This document shows positions 37,700 to 47,700 of a stretch of 64,000 nucleotides of DNA, one piece after another (position 1 is the stretch's first letter; every line of letters starts with the position of its first letter). The stretch covers positions 2,560,001 through 2,624,000 of the forward strand of contig OY762825.2 in NCBI GenBank assembly GCA_963666425.2, written 5' to 3'. The notes beneath the pieces are model-generated. The model was not told the origin of the DNA. It saw only the letters and a list, made by a program, of their open reading frames with translations, and did no database searches. The translations under genes and the position numbers were made by a program. Source of the stretch: Bacillota bacterium (GTDB lineage Bacteria; Bacillota; JAAYKD01).

Positions 37700-40600
37700 A
37701 TGAACATGAAAAAAACACTATTTCTCGTGCTGATGATCGTTGCTTTACTATGCTTTTCCGGTGCGGCAATGGCACAGAGCTTTTTCGATATGCCGAACAA
37801 TTGGTCAACCGAAGCTCTTCAGCATGCTGTAGATAACGGGTTGCTGTTCGGCAGCGATGGGTACTTGAAACCAAATGATTCGCTGAAAAGATCGGAACTT
37901 GCCGCAATTGTTGTCAGAGCGTTTGGCGCCAACGTGGCCGCAGATATTTCACACTTTTCTGATGTCAATGCGAATGCCTGGTATGCTGTTGAGATGGCAA
38001 AAGCGGTTGAGATGAAAGTGATGGAAGGAGACGGAATCAGACTCAATCCGGAAACTGCGGTTACCCGTGAACAGGCATTTGCTGTGTTAGCCAGGGCATT
38101 CCATATTGCGAATGGCAGCAAAGCAGATTTCGCCGGTTTTCTGGACGCTTCCTCTGTTAGCTCTTGGTTTGAAGCCGAATTGGGCGGTATGGTCAAAGCC
38201 GGCTATGTCAGCGGCAGCGATCAAAATTTAGAGCCGCTTAGTCCCATTACACGGGCTGAATTTGCTCAGGTCATGCATACCTTGGTTCAGACCTATGTGG
38301 TTGCGCCGGGTACTTATACCGCTGATTACGCAGGCAATGTCCTGGTCAGAGTATCCGATGCCCGTTTTGAGGGTGTGACTTTTAATGGCAATTTAATTGC
38401 CGCCGACGGTATTGGCACAGGTAATATTTACCTGAAGGACTGCACCGTGAAAGGCGAAGTCATTATCCGCGGCGGCGGTATGAATTCCGTTGTGATCGAC
38501 GGCGGTAATTACCCGAATGGTATTACTGTTGTTACAACACCGTCCGGTGGAACCCGGATCTTCACGACCGATGCCAGTGGTCTGGAAGTTACAATTGCTG
38601 AAACCGCCGCTAATGAGACCGTGAAAATCGAAGGCAGTATCGCCAAAGTAACCGTCAATGCCGAAAACGTCAATTTGGAAATTGCCGACAATTCAGTGGT
38701 CGCCGCCCTGGTTGTCAACAGCAACAATACTACGGTCACCAGTATTGGCAACGGCACCATTACAGATGTGCAGGTCAATGTTCCTGCCCAAAGCAATCCT
38801 GCTGATGCGGTCATCACTTTAAATGCGAACATGACCAATGTTACTGTGAATACCCAGACGGATGTAATGATGGACTCTGCAACCGTCACTACGCTCACTG
38901 TCGCTCCCTCGGCAGCCTCCACTTCCATTCATGTTGGTGCAGAGGCAACCGTGACGACAATGACAGTCAACGCACAACAGACAACTGTCACCGCTTCCAA
39001 TGGCGCCGTGATGACCACAGTCAATGTTTCAGCGAATAATGTGACCGTGGCCGTGCCAAGCACCATGGTTTCTGTCATTGTCGGTTCATCAGTTACTGGA
39101 TCCGTCGTCAACGAAACTGCTGTAGCAGCCAATACGACAACAACAGTGACGTCGGCCGGGGTTATAACAACAACTCCAACGACACCGCCGGTGGTAGTAC
39201 CGCCTGAATCGGAACCGGAAGTAGTTGTCAGTGCCATCAGTGTTACACCAACAATAATGACTTTAACGTCAGGTGGAGCAACCGGAACAATCACAGCTAC
39301 AGTTAGCCCGGTAAATGCCACAAATAGAAATATTATTTGGTCATCAAGCAACCGAAATGTAGCCACTGTTGCGAATGGCATCGTAACGCCGATCGCAGTA
39401 GGCACAACAACAATCACAGCAACCTCAGCTTCGGATGGAACAAAAACTGCGGCAACTGAAGTGACTGTAAATCCGATCGCAAGAATCAATTCGATCAACC
39501 CGGCAACGCTGAGGGAAGCGTTTATCCCGAATAATGGCAGCTTGATCAGTGGTAACGTAGTGATAACCATAGCAAATGGTATTTTCGCTGATCCGTTAGT
39601 GAAGGCAGACGTTACTGCATCAGCTGGTTTGCCTATAGGCATGGATTATACGGTAACAAGAAATTCTGATACGCAGCTCACAATTACCATCACCGGCAGT
39701 GCAGCAAACCATGCGGATGCCAATGATGTCAGTAATTTATCCTTCACCATTGCCAAGGCGAAGATCGCAGGAGCAATTGCCAATTTAACAACAGAAGACA
39801 TAAACATAGACTTTAATGATCCGGTTTCAATTTCTGCAACAACGCTTAATTATGCAGCCCCATCCGGTTTTTCCGGTGCATCAAATACAGTTGCTCTCAC
39901 CGGCACTACCTTTACCGCGGCAGCAATCGCTGAGAACACAGCGAATTGGACAATCGATACGGGAACAACAAATCTTCAAGTTTTTAGTATAACGAGAACC
40001 GGGGATCAAGCAGTAACAATCAATTTCACAGTAAAAACTGCTGGTTTAGGCAGCGGAACGGGAACGATAACGATCCAGGCGAAAGCGGCTGCACTTACAA
40101 GCAACGCTGCAAGCAACATCGCGAGTGTTGTTATTACTGATAATTCAGCACCAATCGTAAGCAATTGCAATATTAGTGCGATCACCGATTCAGCTGCAAC
40201 CCTCAGCTTCAGCTCGAACGAATCAGGAACCTATTATTATTTAGTCTATGTGGCGGCAGACGCAGCACCGGATGCAGCCATCATCAAAGCACAAGGAAGT
40301 TCGGCAGCCCGAGAGACTGGAATCGCCTCGGCAGCTGTTAACACTTCAAATATCACAAGTCTTGAACGTTTTAAAGCTTACAAAGCCTATGTGATCGTTG
40401 AAGATTCAACCGGCAATATTTCAGATCTTCAGTCAATTGAATTTACCACCGCTAAAACAAAAGTGACAAACGCGGCAATCCAAGGATTAACCGCACCGAT
40501 TACTGATGCTGCTGCGGTTACAACAATCACTTCAACCGACGAATACACCGGAACCGTAGCATGGAACCCTATCCCTGAAAACAATCAGTTTGCTGTATGC

Positions 40601-43600
40601 ACAGCGTATACGGCAACGATTACAATCACCCCAAAAACAGGTTATACCTTAACCGGTTTGTCTGCCAATTTCTTTAGCGCAGCAGGGGCGACAAGCGTAT
40701 CGAACGCTGCCAATTCAGGGACGGTAACGGTAGTCTTCCCGGCAACTACAGTCAGTACCGCCGCACAATTTGAGACTGCACTGGCCAACAATACTGTTGC
40801 GACGATCATACTCAGCGAGACGATTACCGGTAATGTAACAGCGACACGGACAGGGGCGACCAATTTTACAATTGATTTTGGTACCTATTCGTTAGTAGGC
40901 AGTTTAAACCTTGTTGCAGATATGGTAACAGCAATCACGTTCAACGGAACAGCAATTCCCGCAATTACCGGGAACTTGACACTTTCTGCAACACTGGCAA
41001 CCGTAACAAACAATATTTCTGTTGGAGGAACCATCACCATCAATGGTGTTGGCGATAATACTTGGATTGAAGTAGCGAACGGGAATCAAATCATTGTGCA
41101 TGATGATAACGGAGCTACCTTTGATATTCAAGGTCTTCCGGAGGGAATTACAGTCACGAATGGTGCCAATGGCATTAACATTACAGCGAATATTCCAATA
41201 GATATTGTGATTAATGCAGGTGCTGAGGTTGACAACATAACCGTTGGCACAGACGCCGCAGGATCTAGTATCACCAACAACGGAACCGTAACCAACGTAA
41301 CTGCGAACTCGGACATATCGGTTGCAAACAACAGTGGCGCTGTTAATGTAGGAGGAACAGGGACGATAGGAACTTCTGGTACCGCTTCAGGAAATGTAAC
41401 AGGAACCGCAGTAATCGTAACAGGTATTACTGATCTCGCTATTCCGACCGTATTAAGAATCGGCGGAACAACAACGGCAACGATTACAACGGCAACATCA
41501 GGCTCCACATATAACGTCACCTCCGCAAACCCATTGATTGTCAGCGTGGATGCAGCCACAGGGCTTGCCATTACTGCCCTCGCTCCTGGAAAAACGGCAA
41601 TCACAGTACAGGTAAAAAATGCTTCAGGGGACGTTACCCATCAGGGCACAATCGCCGTTACTGTTCTTCCCGCAGAAATCTCAGCAGCATATGTCACAAT
41701 GGCAGCACCGGTATTAGGTGTTACACCTGAAAATGCTGCGTTAATTCAGACGAATACTGCGAATCCGGATTACACAGTCACGAGTGTCACTTGGAATCAA
41801 GAATTAACACCGACCGGAAAATTCAAAGCGGGGGTAGCTTACACAGCAACCGTTGTGTTGGCTTCAAAGAATGACAAAGCATTCCAGACTGCAGCTTTCA
41901 CACCTACAGTAGCAACTGCAGCCTCAGTTGGTGCAACTACAACACAGGGAACCGGTTCGGGCAACAGTGTAAGCTTTATTGTTACCTTCCCGGCAACGGC
42001 GCCTTTAGCGGTAACCGGTATTGAAGTAACAACACAACCATCTCAACTGCAGTATACCGCAGGCCAGCTTTTGGTCCTAAACGGTATGATCGTTACGGAA
42101 ATTAACAATGATGGTACAACAAAGACAGTCTCGTTTACAAATGGTACGGCACCAGGATATACCGCAAATCCTGCAAACGGTACTGCATTAGGCAAAACAG
42201 CGCATAGCTATCAGACAGTCACGATTACACTGACAGCCTCAGCGAAAACGGCAGTAACCGCGCAATTGATTGTGGTAAACAACACGCAAACAGCACCGTC
42301 AGGCTTTGCAGCAGTTGCCCCAACAGCCGATTCCAATAACGGTAGGATTACAGGCACCACCAGTGCGATGGAGTATAAACTACTTTCATCAGCCAAAGAT
42401 TGGATTGCCGTAGCGGGCACTGAAATCACAGGATTATTGTCTGGAACCTACGAAGTAAGATATGCTGCCAAAGAAGGATTCGACCCAAGTCCTGCAGTGC
42501 AGGTCATGGTTCCCGCTTTAGTAAGCATAGCAATTACAACACCGGCAACAAAAACGGCCTATAAAGTTGGAGAGCCGCTTAACATTGCGAGCTTGGTGGT
42601 GACTGGAACCTATGATAATTTAACAACAAAAACAGAAACAATCACAACAGCAAACATCAGTGGCTTTAACAGTGCTGCGGTCGCGCTAAGTCAGACTCTG
42701 ACAATCAAAGTAGGTTATCAGACAACAACTTATACGATCTCGATAGCGAAAGCAGACGGGCCTGCACTTGTTGGTGTTACGATGAATGATCTTGCGAACA
42801 CACTAATCGGTATCACTGCAGGTATGGAATTTTCCACGAACGGAACGACTTGGACAGCATACACTGCTGCAGCACCGAACTTACCTGCTTTAACAGGAAC
42901 AGTCGCATTGCAGGTTAGAGTAGCAGCAACAGCGATACGGGAAGCGGGAGCTGCAACAACCTTCAACTTTACAGTGCCGACACTAAGCAGTATAGCAATC
43001 ACAACACCGGCAACAAAGACAGCTTACAAAGTTGGGGAGACACTTAACATCACAGGCTTGGTAGTGACAGGGACCTATAGTGATACGACGACAAAAGTAG
43101 AAACAATCACGACAGGTAATGTAACGGGCTTTAATAGCACAGCGGTAGCGGCAAGTCAAACTCTGACGATCACTGTTGGCAGCAGGACAACAACCTATAA
43201 CATATCGATCGCGAGTGCAGAACAAGCAGCGCCAACCGGGTTATCCGGCGTTTCACCAACTACCATTGAAGGAACGGATGGCAAGATTAGCGGTACAACA
43301 TCCTTAATGGAATACAAATTAGCAACAGCTGCAGACAGCACTTATACAGCTTGCTCGGCAAATGCAACAACAGTACCAGCCGTTGGAAATTATTATGTCA
43401 GGTTTGCGGCTAAAACCGGGTTTAATGCAGGAGCAGCAGTATTGGTAACCGTCTCAGAATCCATTTTCCCACGCGTCACCGCTATTTCGATTTCAGTTAA
43501 TTATAGTGTAATTGCACCGACATCGGAAACGCCGACATCGCTCACATTCGACTTATCCGCGATTCCGGATTCTGCTTCCATTACCGCACTTGGCATATCC

Positions 43601-43927
43601 TTCGCTAACGCTGATTCGTTAATCGTTGGGGATACTACATTAAGCGGAACAACGACAATTGGCTTGGATTTAGCAAATGCAGGTGCGACCATGACGCTTG
43701 GTGAGATCCGTGCTATGGGACATGATCGTTATGTGCTGATAGGCCAGGTGTCCGGCACAGGCGAAAACCCGTCTCCTATTACAATTACAATTATTTTCCG
43801 TGCCGGAGCGAATCAATATCAGCTCAGCGATCTGACGAGTTTGAAGACCCTGATTAAAACCGTGATCACAGATGCAGGCAGACTTGATGCAATGAGACAA
43901 GCCTTTAGCACACTGACAATCTCATAG
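37700..43927 (+). CDS. Large secreted S-layer-homology (SLH) protein with multiple Ig-like repeats, 2075 aa
   Basis: Signal peptide ending AMA; three SLH repeats (LKRSELA, VTREQAF, ITRAEFA); Big_2-like (ATNRNIIWSSSN..VATV), Big_3-like (TAYKVGE.LN...LVVTGTY) and MEYK repeats; Thr/Ala/Val rich. Confidence 0.92.
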   Translation: MNMKKTLFLVLMIVALLCFSGAAMAQSFFDMPNNWSTEALQHAVDNGLLFGSDGYLKPNDSLKRSELAAIVVRAFGANVAADISHFSDVNANAWYAVEMAKAVEMKVMEGDGIRLNPETAVTREQAFAVLARAFHIANGSKADFAGFLDASSVSSWFEAELGGMVKAGYVSGSDQNLEPLSPITRAEFAQVMHTLVQTYVVAPGTYTADYAGNVLVRVSDARFEGVTFNGNLIAADGIGTGNIYLKDCTVKGEVIIRGGGMNSVVIDGGNYPNGITVVTTPSGGTRIFTTDASGLEVTIAETAANETVKIEGSIAKVTVNAENVNLEIADNSVVAALVVNSNNTTVTSIGNGTITDVQVNVPAQSNPADAVITLNANMTNVTVNTQTDVMMDSATVTTLTVAPSAASTSIHVGAEATVTTMTVNAQQTTVTASNGAVMTTVNVSANNVTVAVPSTMVSVIVGSSVTGSVVNETAVAANTTTTVTSAGVITTTPTTPPVVVPPESEPEVVVSAISVTPTIMTLTSGGATGTITATVSPVNATNRNIIWSSSNRNVATVANGIVTPIAVGTTTITATSASDGTKTAATEVTVNPIARINSINPATLREAFIPNNGSLISGNVVITIANGIFADPLVKADVTASAGLPIGMDYTVTRNSDTQLTITITGSAANHADANDVSNLSFTIAKAKIAGAIANLTTEDINIDFNDPVSISATTLNYAAPSGFSGASNTVALTGTTFTAAAIAENTANWTIDTGTTNLQVFSITRTGDQAVTINFTVKTAGLGSGTGTITIQAKAAALTSNAASNIASVVITDNSAPIVSNCNISAITDSAATLSFSSNESGTYYYLVYVAADAAPDAAIIKAQGSSAARETGIASAAVNTSNITSLERFKAYKAYVIVEDSTGNISDLQSIEFTTAKTKVTNAAIQGLTAPITDAAAVTTITSTDEYTGTVAWNPIPENNQFAVCTAYTATITITPKTGYTLTGLSANFFSAAGATSVSNAANSGTVTVVFPATTVSTAAQFETALANNTVATIILSETITGNVTATRTGATNFTIDFGTYSLVGSLNLVADMVTAITFNGTAIPAITGNLTLSATLATVTNNISVGGTITINGVGDNTWIEVANGNQIIVHDDNGATFDIQGLPEGITVTNGANGINITANIPIDIVINAGAEVDNITVGTDAAGSSITNNGTVTNVTANSDISVANNSGAVNVGGTGTIGTSGTASGNVTGTAVIVTGITDLAIPTVLRIGGTTTATITTATSGSTYNVTSANPLIVSVDAATGLAITALAPGKTAITVQVKNASGDVTHQGTIAVTVLPAEISAAYVTMAAPVLGVTPENAALIQTNTANPDYTVTSVTWNQELTPTGKFKAGVAYTATVVLASKNDKAFQTAAFTPTVATAASVGATTTQGTGSGNSVSFIVTFPATAPLAVTGIEVTTQPSQLQYTAGQLLVLNGMIVTEINNDGTTKTVSFTNGTAPGYTANPANGTALGKTAHSYQTVTITLTASAKTAVTAQLIVVNNTQTAPSGFAAVAPTADSNNGRITGTTSAMEYKLLSSAKDWIAVAGTEITGLLSGTYEVRYAAKEGFDPSPAVQVMVPALVSIAITTPATKTAYKVGEPLNIASLVVTGTYDNLTTKTETITTANISGFNSAAVALSQTLTIKVGYQTTTYTISIAKADGPALVGVTMNDLANTLIGITAGMEFSTNGTTWTAYTAAAPNLPALTGTVALQVRVAATAIREAGAATTFNFTVPTLSSIAITTPATKTAYKVGETLNITGLVVTGTYSDTTTKVETITTGNVTGFNSTAVAASQTLTITVGSRTTTYNISIASAEQAAPTGLSGVSPTTIEGTDGKISGTTSLMEYKLATAADSTYTACSANATTVPAVGNYYVRFAAKTGFNAGAAVLVTVSESIFPRVTAISISVNYSVIAPTSETPTSLTFDLSAIPDSASITALGISFANADSLIVGDTTLSGTTTIGLDLANAGATMTLGEIRAMGHDRYVLIGQVSGTGENPSPITITIIFRAGANQYQLSDLTSLKTLIKTVITDAGRLDAMRQAFSTLTIS
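42518..43213 (+). repeat. Intragenic duplication of an Ig-like module (~42518-42748 and ~42983-43213)
   Basis: SIAITTPATKTAYKVGE...SQTLTI.VG..TTTY.ISIA occurs twice with similar DNA. Confidence 0.85.
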
Positions 43928-43957
43928 TCAGGCTAAAGTAAATTTACTACCGCAGTA

Positions 43958-43991
43958 AAAAAAGCGGGGCGGGCATGCGCCGCCCCGCTTT
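43958..43991. terminator. Terminator after the SLH gene
   Basis: aaaagcggggcgg-gcatgcg-ccgccccgctttt. Confidence 0.85.
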
Positions 43992-44052
43992 TTGTCTCTT
44001 TTATGAGAAATCGAAAGAATCGCTGATTTTTATGGGAAAGGAGGAAGATTGG

Positions 44053-44778
44053 ATGAAACGCTTCTGGATTACTTTGATTTGCGTCGTATGTTTAGTAGCT
44101 ACGATCGGTTTGGTGAGTGCGTATTGGATAGGGGATTTTCTCTTTCGTAATATGCTGCAGATGAATAACTCAGAGACTTTTATCCCTGCAGAAGATTCGG
44201 ATTTATTGCTCGAAACGGAAAAAGGAACAGAATCGCTCACCTCCGAGCTGCCGACCGATAACAAACAGGAAGACACTCCAATGGCACCTGCTTCTGATAT
44301 TGCTTCACCTGAGGATTCCAAACCAATCCCTGCTCCGTCAGAGATGCAGCAAAATTTACCATCCATTGATCCGGCTCCGGTAACGCCGACAACACCTGGG
44401 ATATCAGAACTGCCTACTGTAACCGAATCACCGACCGTGACGCAGCCGAATTTGCCATCAACTGATCCAGCGCCGGTAACGCCGGCAACACCTCCTGTAA
44501 CCGAATCACCGGCAGTAACCGAACCTGAGCTAACCGATGCGGAAATTATTGCTTCGGTAGAAAGTGTCGATAAAATGGCCATCGCTTTGTGGATCCTTCC
44601 GAAGCTAACTCCATCGGATCTTTCCACTCTTTTTGACATGGTCAGTGATGGTGTGTTATCAGCGGAAGAAAAAGTAACTGCGAAAGCGATCTGTTACAGC
44701 CGTTTCAGCGGCGATGATTTGCTAAAAGTAAAAGCCTATTATGATAAATACAAAGGAAATCTCACAATAATTCCGTAA
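44053..44778 (+). CDS. Membrane-anchored hypothetical protein with Pro/Thr-rich linker and helical C-terminal domain
   Basis: N-terminal TM, duplicated NLPSxDPAPVTPxTP/VTESPxVT linker, C-terminal DK...KL...EEK...Y.KY; GAGG RBS. Confidence 0.8.
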   Translation: MKRFWITLICVVCLVATIGLVSAYWIGDFLFRNMLQMNNSETFIPAEDSDLLLETEKGTESLTSELPTDNKQEDTPMAPASDIASPEDSKPIPAPSEMQQNLPSIDPAPVTPTTPGISELPTVTESPTVTQPNLPSTDPAPVTPATPPVTESPAVTEPELTDAEIIASVESVDKMAIALWILPKLTPSDLSTLFDMVSDGVLSAEEKVTAKAICYSRFSGDDLLKVKAYYDKYKGNLTIIP

Positions 44779-44859
44779 TAATTGTGAACATTGTTTAAAA
44801 ACCTATTAATGTTGATTCTTCAGGAGGGGTGATCGGATGGGTAAAAGAAATTAGTGTTT

Positions 44860-45348
44860 GGTGGGCTGGATTGCACATGGCGGACCGGTTACTTCAACCG
44901 ATGAACCGACGACTTGTTATTATATGATCATATCAGAAGCGGTAGAGCTGGTTCTGCAAGCAGGAAGTTTGCATAACGATGGAGAAGTCTTTGGATTGGA
45001 TAGGGGTGATCCGGTGAAAATAGTCGATTTGGTTCGCGACATCATTCGTTTTACCGGATTTGAACCTGATGTGAATATCTCGATCGAAATTATCGGCGCC
45101 AGACCGGGAGAAAATTCATGAAGAACTGCTTATAGCGGAAGAAGATACGATTACATCCCGTTATAAGAAATTAATCATCGCTTAGAAAAATTGATGGATT
45201 CTTTTACCATAAAGAGAATGCTAAAGAGATTATATGAAATCGCTTTAGCGGATGAAATTGATCATCAGCAAGCAATTGATGTTATAATGAAAGCAGGAAA
45301 AAAAGCTGTTGCCAAACCCCTATTGGCTAAGCATTCCGAGAGCCGGTA
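44860..45348 (+). pseudogene. 3' remnant of a CapD/PglF-type nucleoside-diphosphate sugar dehydratase
   Basis: GGPVT...EAVELVLQAG...GEVF.LD.GDPVKIVDL..ARPGE, then frameshift near 45110 to EKIHEELL and internal stops; N-terminal part absent. Confidence 0.85.
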
Positions 45349-45462
45349 AAAAAAACTCGGAATCCTTAGAAAATGAAAAATTTAAAATAGAAAGCATGCA
45401 CTGGGAATACTTCTTTTCTTCCTGATTCGTATTGTTCAAGTGTGCATGAAGTGAGGGAAAAA

Positions 45463-46167
45463 ATGGAACTTGATTTGAGAAAATTGATTGCCATCCTTTT
45501 GGAAAAATGGTGGATCATTCTTTTAAGTGTGATATTATGCGCTTCTGTTACGTTTGGTGTTTTTCGCTTTATGGTGGCTCCGGTTTATACCACCTCAACC
45601 ACTCTCTATGTTTATAATACGGAAAACCGGACGACAGGGTCTCTGACAACCGGCGACTTAACCGTGGCGCGTAATATGGTAACCACCTATGTGGTTTTGT
45701 TGAAAAGTGATTCTGTACTCAGCGAAGTAGCCAAACAGACCAATCTAGGTTATACCGCCGCTCAAATTAAAGCCATGATCAGCGCCTCCTCTGAGAACAA
45801 TACCGAGGTTATTAAAGTCATGGTCGAGAATACCAATCCTGAGCATGCGCGAGTTATCGCCAATACACTCTTGGCAGTTGGTGCTGAAAAAATCGTCAAA
45901 GTCATGAAAGCCGGATCAGTTGAGGTGATCGACGAAGCAAAGCTGCCGACAGTGCCTTCCGGTCCCAATGTCATGCTCAACTCGGTCATTGGTGCCCTAT
46001 TGGGTATGATGGTTTCTGTGATGGGAATCCTGTTGATTGAAATGTTTGATACAACAGTCAAATCAGAAGAGGATCTCAAAGAAATGTTTAATATCCCCGT
46101 AGTTGGTGTCATTCCTACCATCCCAGCCAATGCCTCAGAGAAAAAGGGAGGTAAGAAATATGAATAA
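45463..46167 (+). CDS. CpsC/CapA/Wzz-type BY-kinase activator
   Basis: MELDLRKL..KWWII, PVYTTSTTLYV, VIDEA..P..P..PN, DTTVKSEED...PVVGVIP. Confidence 0.9.
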   Translation: MELDLRKLIAILLEKWWIILLSVILCASVTFGVFRFMVAPVYTTSTTLYVYNTENRTTGSLTTGDLTVARNMVTTYVVLLKSDSVLSEVAKQTNLGYTAAQIKAMISASSENNTEVIKVMVENTNPEHARVIANTLLAVGAEKIVKVMKAGSVEVIDEAKLPTVPSGPNVMLNSVIGALLGMMVSVMGILLIEMFDTTVKSEEDLKEMFNIPVVGVIPTIPANASEKKGGKKYE

Positions 46168-46915
46168 CAAAAAAAGTCAAAGACGGGATCTGGTTTTATC
46201 AGCGCAGACCCCATTTGCTGTGGTAGAAGCGTACAAAGCGGCTCGGACGAACTTTATGTTTATGCTAAGCGGCAGCGGCAAAAAGGAAATGATTTTTACC
46301 AGCGCTATTTCTGAAGAAGGAAAGACAACAACCTGTATCAATTTAGCGATTACCTTTGCACAGACCGGTTCACGGGTTTTGATCGTGGACGCGGATATGC
46401 GGAAACCCAGGGTTCATCGTTTACTGAAGGTACCGGCTTCACCGGGCTTGAGTGATCGCCTGGGTAATTTGACACAATCAGACTGTATCTATACCACTGC
46501 ATTCGAGAATGTTTTTGTCCTACCGGCCGGAACTTTGCCGCCGAACTCAGCGGAATTACTGGCTTCTGAAACGATGCTGCGCTTGATGACCGAATTCAAC
46601 GAAAGATTTGATTATATCTTTATTGATACGCCGCCAGTCGATGTTGTAACCGATGCGGCAGTGATTGCCAGTCGCTTCCATGGTTTGGTTTTAGTTGCAC
46701 GCGAGGGTTACAGCAGCAAAGAAGTGATGCAATCGGCGGTAGGAGCGCTGGAGCAAGCCGGTGTGAATATCTTGGGTATTGTCTTAAATGATGCAGATGT
46801 CGGAAAATATGCGAATCGCTATCGATATAACACCAAATATGGTCGTTATAGTTACAAATATGGTTATAAATATGGATATAAATCAGCATATGAGGAAGAA
46901 AATGAACCGCGTTGA
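46160..46915 (+). CDS. CpsD/CapB-type bacterial tyrosine (BY) kinase
   Basis: EAYKAARTN, EGKTT, IVDADMRKP, PPNSAELL, IDTPP, C-terminal Tyr cluster. Confidence 0.93.
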   Translation: MNNKKSQRRDLVLSAQTPFAVVEAYKAARTNFMFMLSGSGKKEMIFTSAISEEGKTTTCINLAITFAQTGSRVLIVDADMRKPRVHRLLKVPASPGLSDRLGNLTQSDCIYTTAFENVFVLPAGTLPPNSAELLASETMLRLMTEFNERFDYIFIDTPPVDVVTDAAVIASRFHGLVLVAREGYSSKEVMQSAVGALEQAGVNILGIVLNDADVGKYANRYRYNTKYGRYSYKYGYKYGYKSAYEEENEPR

Positions 46916-47591
46916 TTTTCATACGCACTTACTTCCAGGTGTGGATCACGGCAGCAAAGATTTGGATACTTCACAAAAGCAACTGCAGGCTGCAAAAAAG
47001 GCCGGTGTGGTTACTGTGGTAACCACACCTCATTTTTATTCCTGGCGACAGGATTTGGCAACATTTTTACCGCTCAGGGCAAACGCCCTGCAGTTGCTGC
47101 AGGACTATGCCGCAGAGCTCAACATGCAGTTAGTCGCCGCTGCGGAAGTGACGCTTTCCATGGAACTGCCAACTTTGCCGGGTTTAGAGCAGTTGTGTAT
47201 TGGCAGTACGAATTATATCCTGATTGAAATGCCTTTAGAAAATTGGGGAACTTGGGTCTATGATGCTTTGGAAACCATCATAGGCCGCCGAAATCTGCGC
47301 CCGATCATCGCACATGTAGATCGTTATCCGGTGAAGGCAACGCAGCGTTTACTGGAATTGGAGGTGTTGGCTCAGGTCAATGCCGAAGCCTTTCATTCCA
47401 TTTGGGGCGGCCAAATTTACCAAAATTGGATCAAGACGGGTCTGGTGCAGTTATTGGGCAGCGATGTTCATGATGCAGCTGCACCGCAGTATCAGGACTT
47501 TACCAAAGCGCTGAATCGTTTGGCAAAATGGGAAGAACAATTGATGGATAACGCCAATACAATCCTGGCAGGAGAGTCCATTGATCGCTAG
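46902..47591 (+). CDS. CpsB/CapC-type PHP tyrosine phosphatase
   Basis: DFHTHLLPGVDHGS, TTPH, ILIEMP, IAHVDRY, GSDVH. Confidence 0.9.
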   Translation: MNRVDFHTHLLPGVDHGSKDLDTSQKQLQAAKKAGVVTVVTTPHFYSWRQDLATFLPLRANALQLLQDYAAELNMQLVAAAEVTLSMELPTLPGLEQLCIGSTNYILIEMPLENWGTWVYDALETIIGRRNLRPIIAHVDRYPVKATQRLLELEVLAQVNAEAFHSIWGGQIYQNWIKTGLVQLLGSDVHDAAAPQYQDFTKALNRLAKWEEQLMDNANTILAGESIDR

Positions 47592-47600
47592 AAAAATAGG

Positions 47601-47650
47601 AAAGCAGCCGCAGTGCCCAAATGATTTTGGGGCAGCACGGCTGCTTTTTT
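47601..47650. terminator. Terminator between cpsB-like gene and iorB
   Basis: aaagcagccg...cggctgcttttt. Confidence 0.7.
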
Positions 47651-47700
47651 ATTGATAAGCACATTGTCACTGAAAGCGTCGTTTCTTCAAAAAAACCGGC

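Noticed and set aside
38509-44639. Long antisense ORFs opposite the SLH gene and Pro/Thr protein (e.g. 38929-39642, 41128-41604, 44001-44639)
   Set aside because: Expected shadows of low-complexity Thr/Ala/Val codons; no RBS or domain motifs
44860-45348. Selenocysteine/pyrrolysine readthrough or programmed frameshift in the capD-like fragment
   Set aside because: Several independent lesions plus a missing N-terminus indicate decay, not recoding
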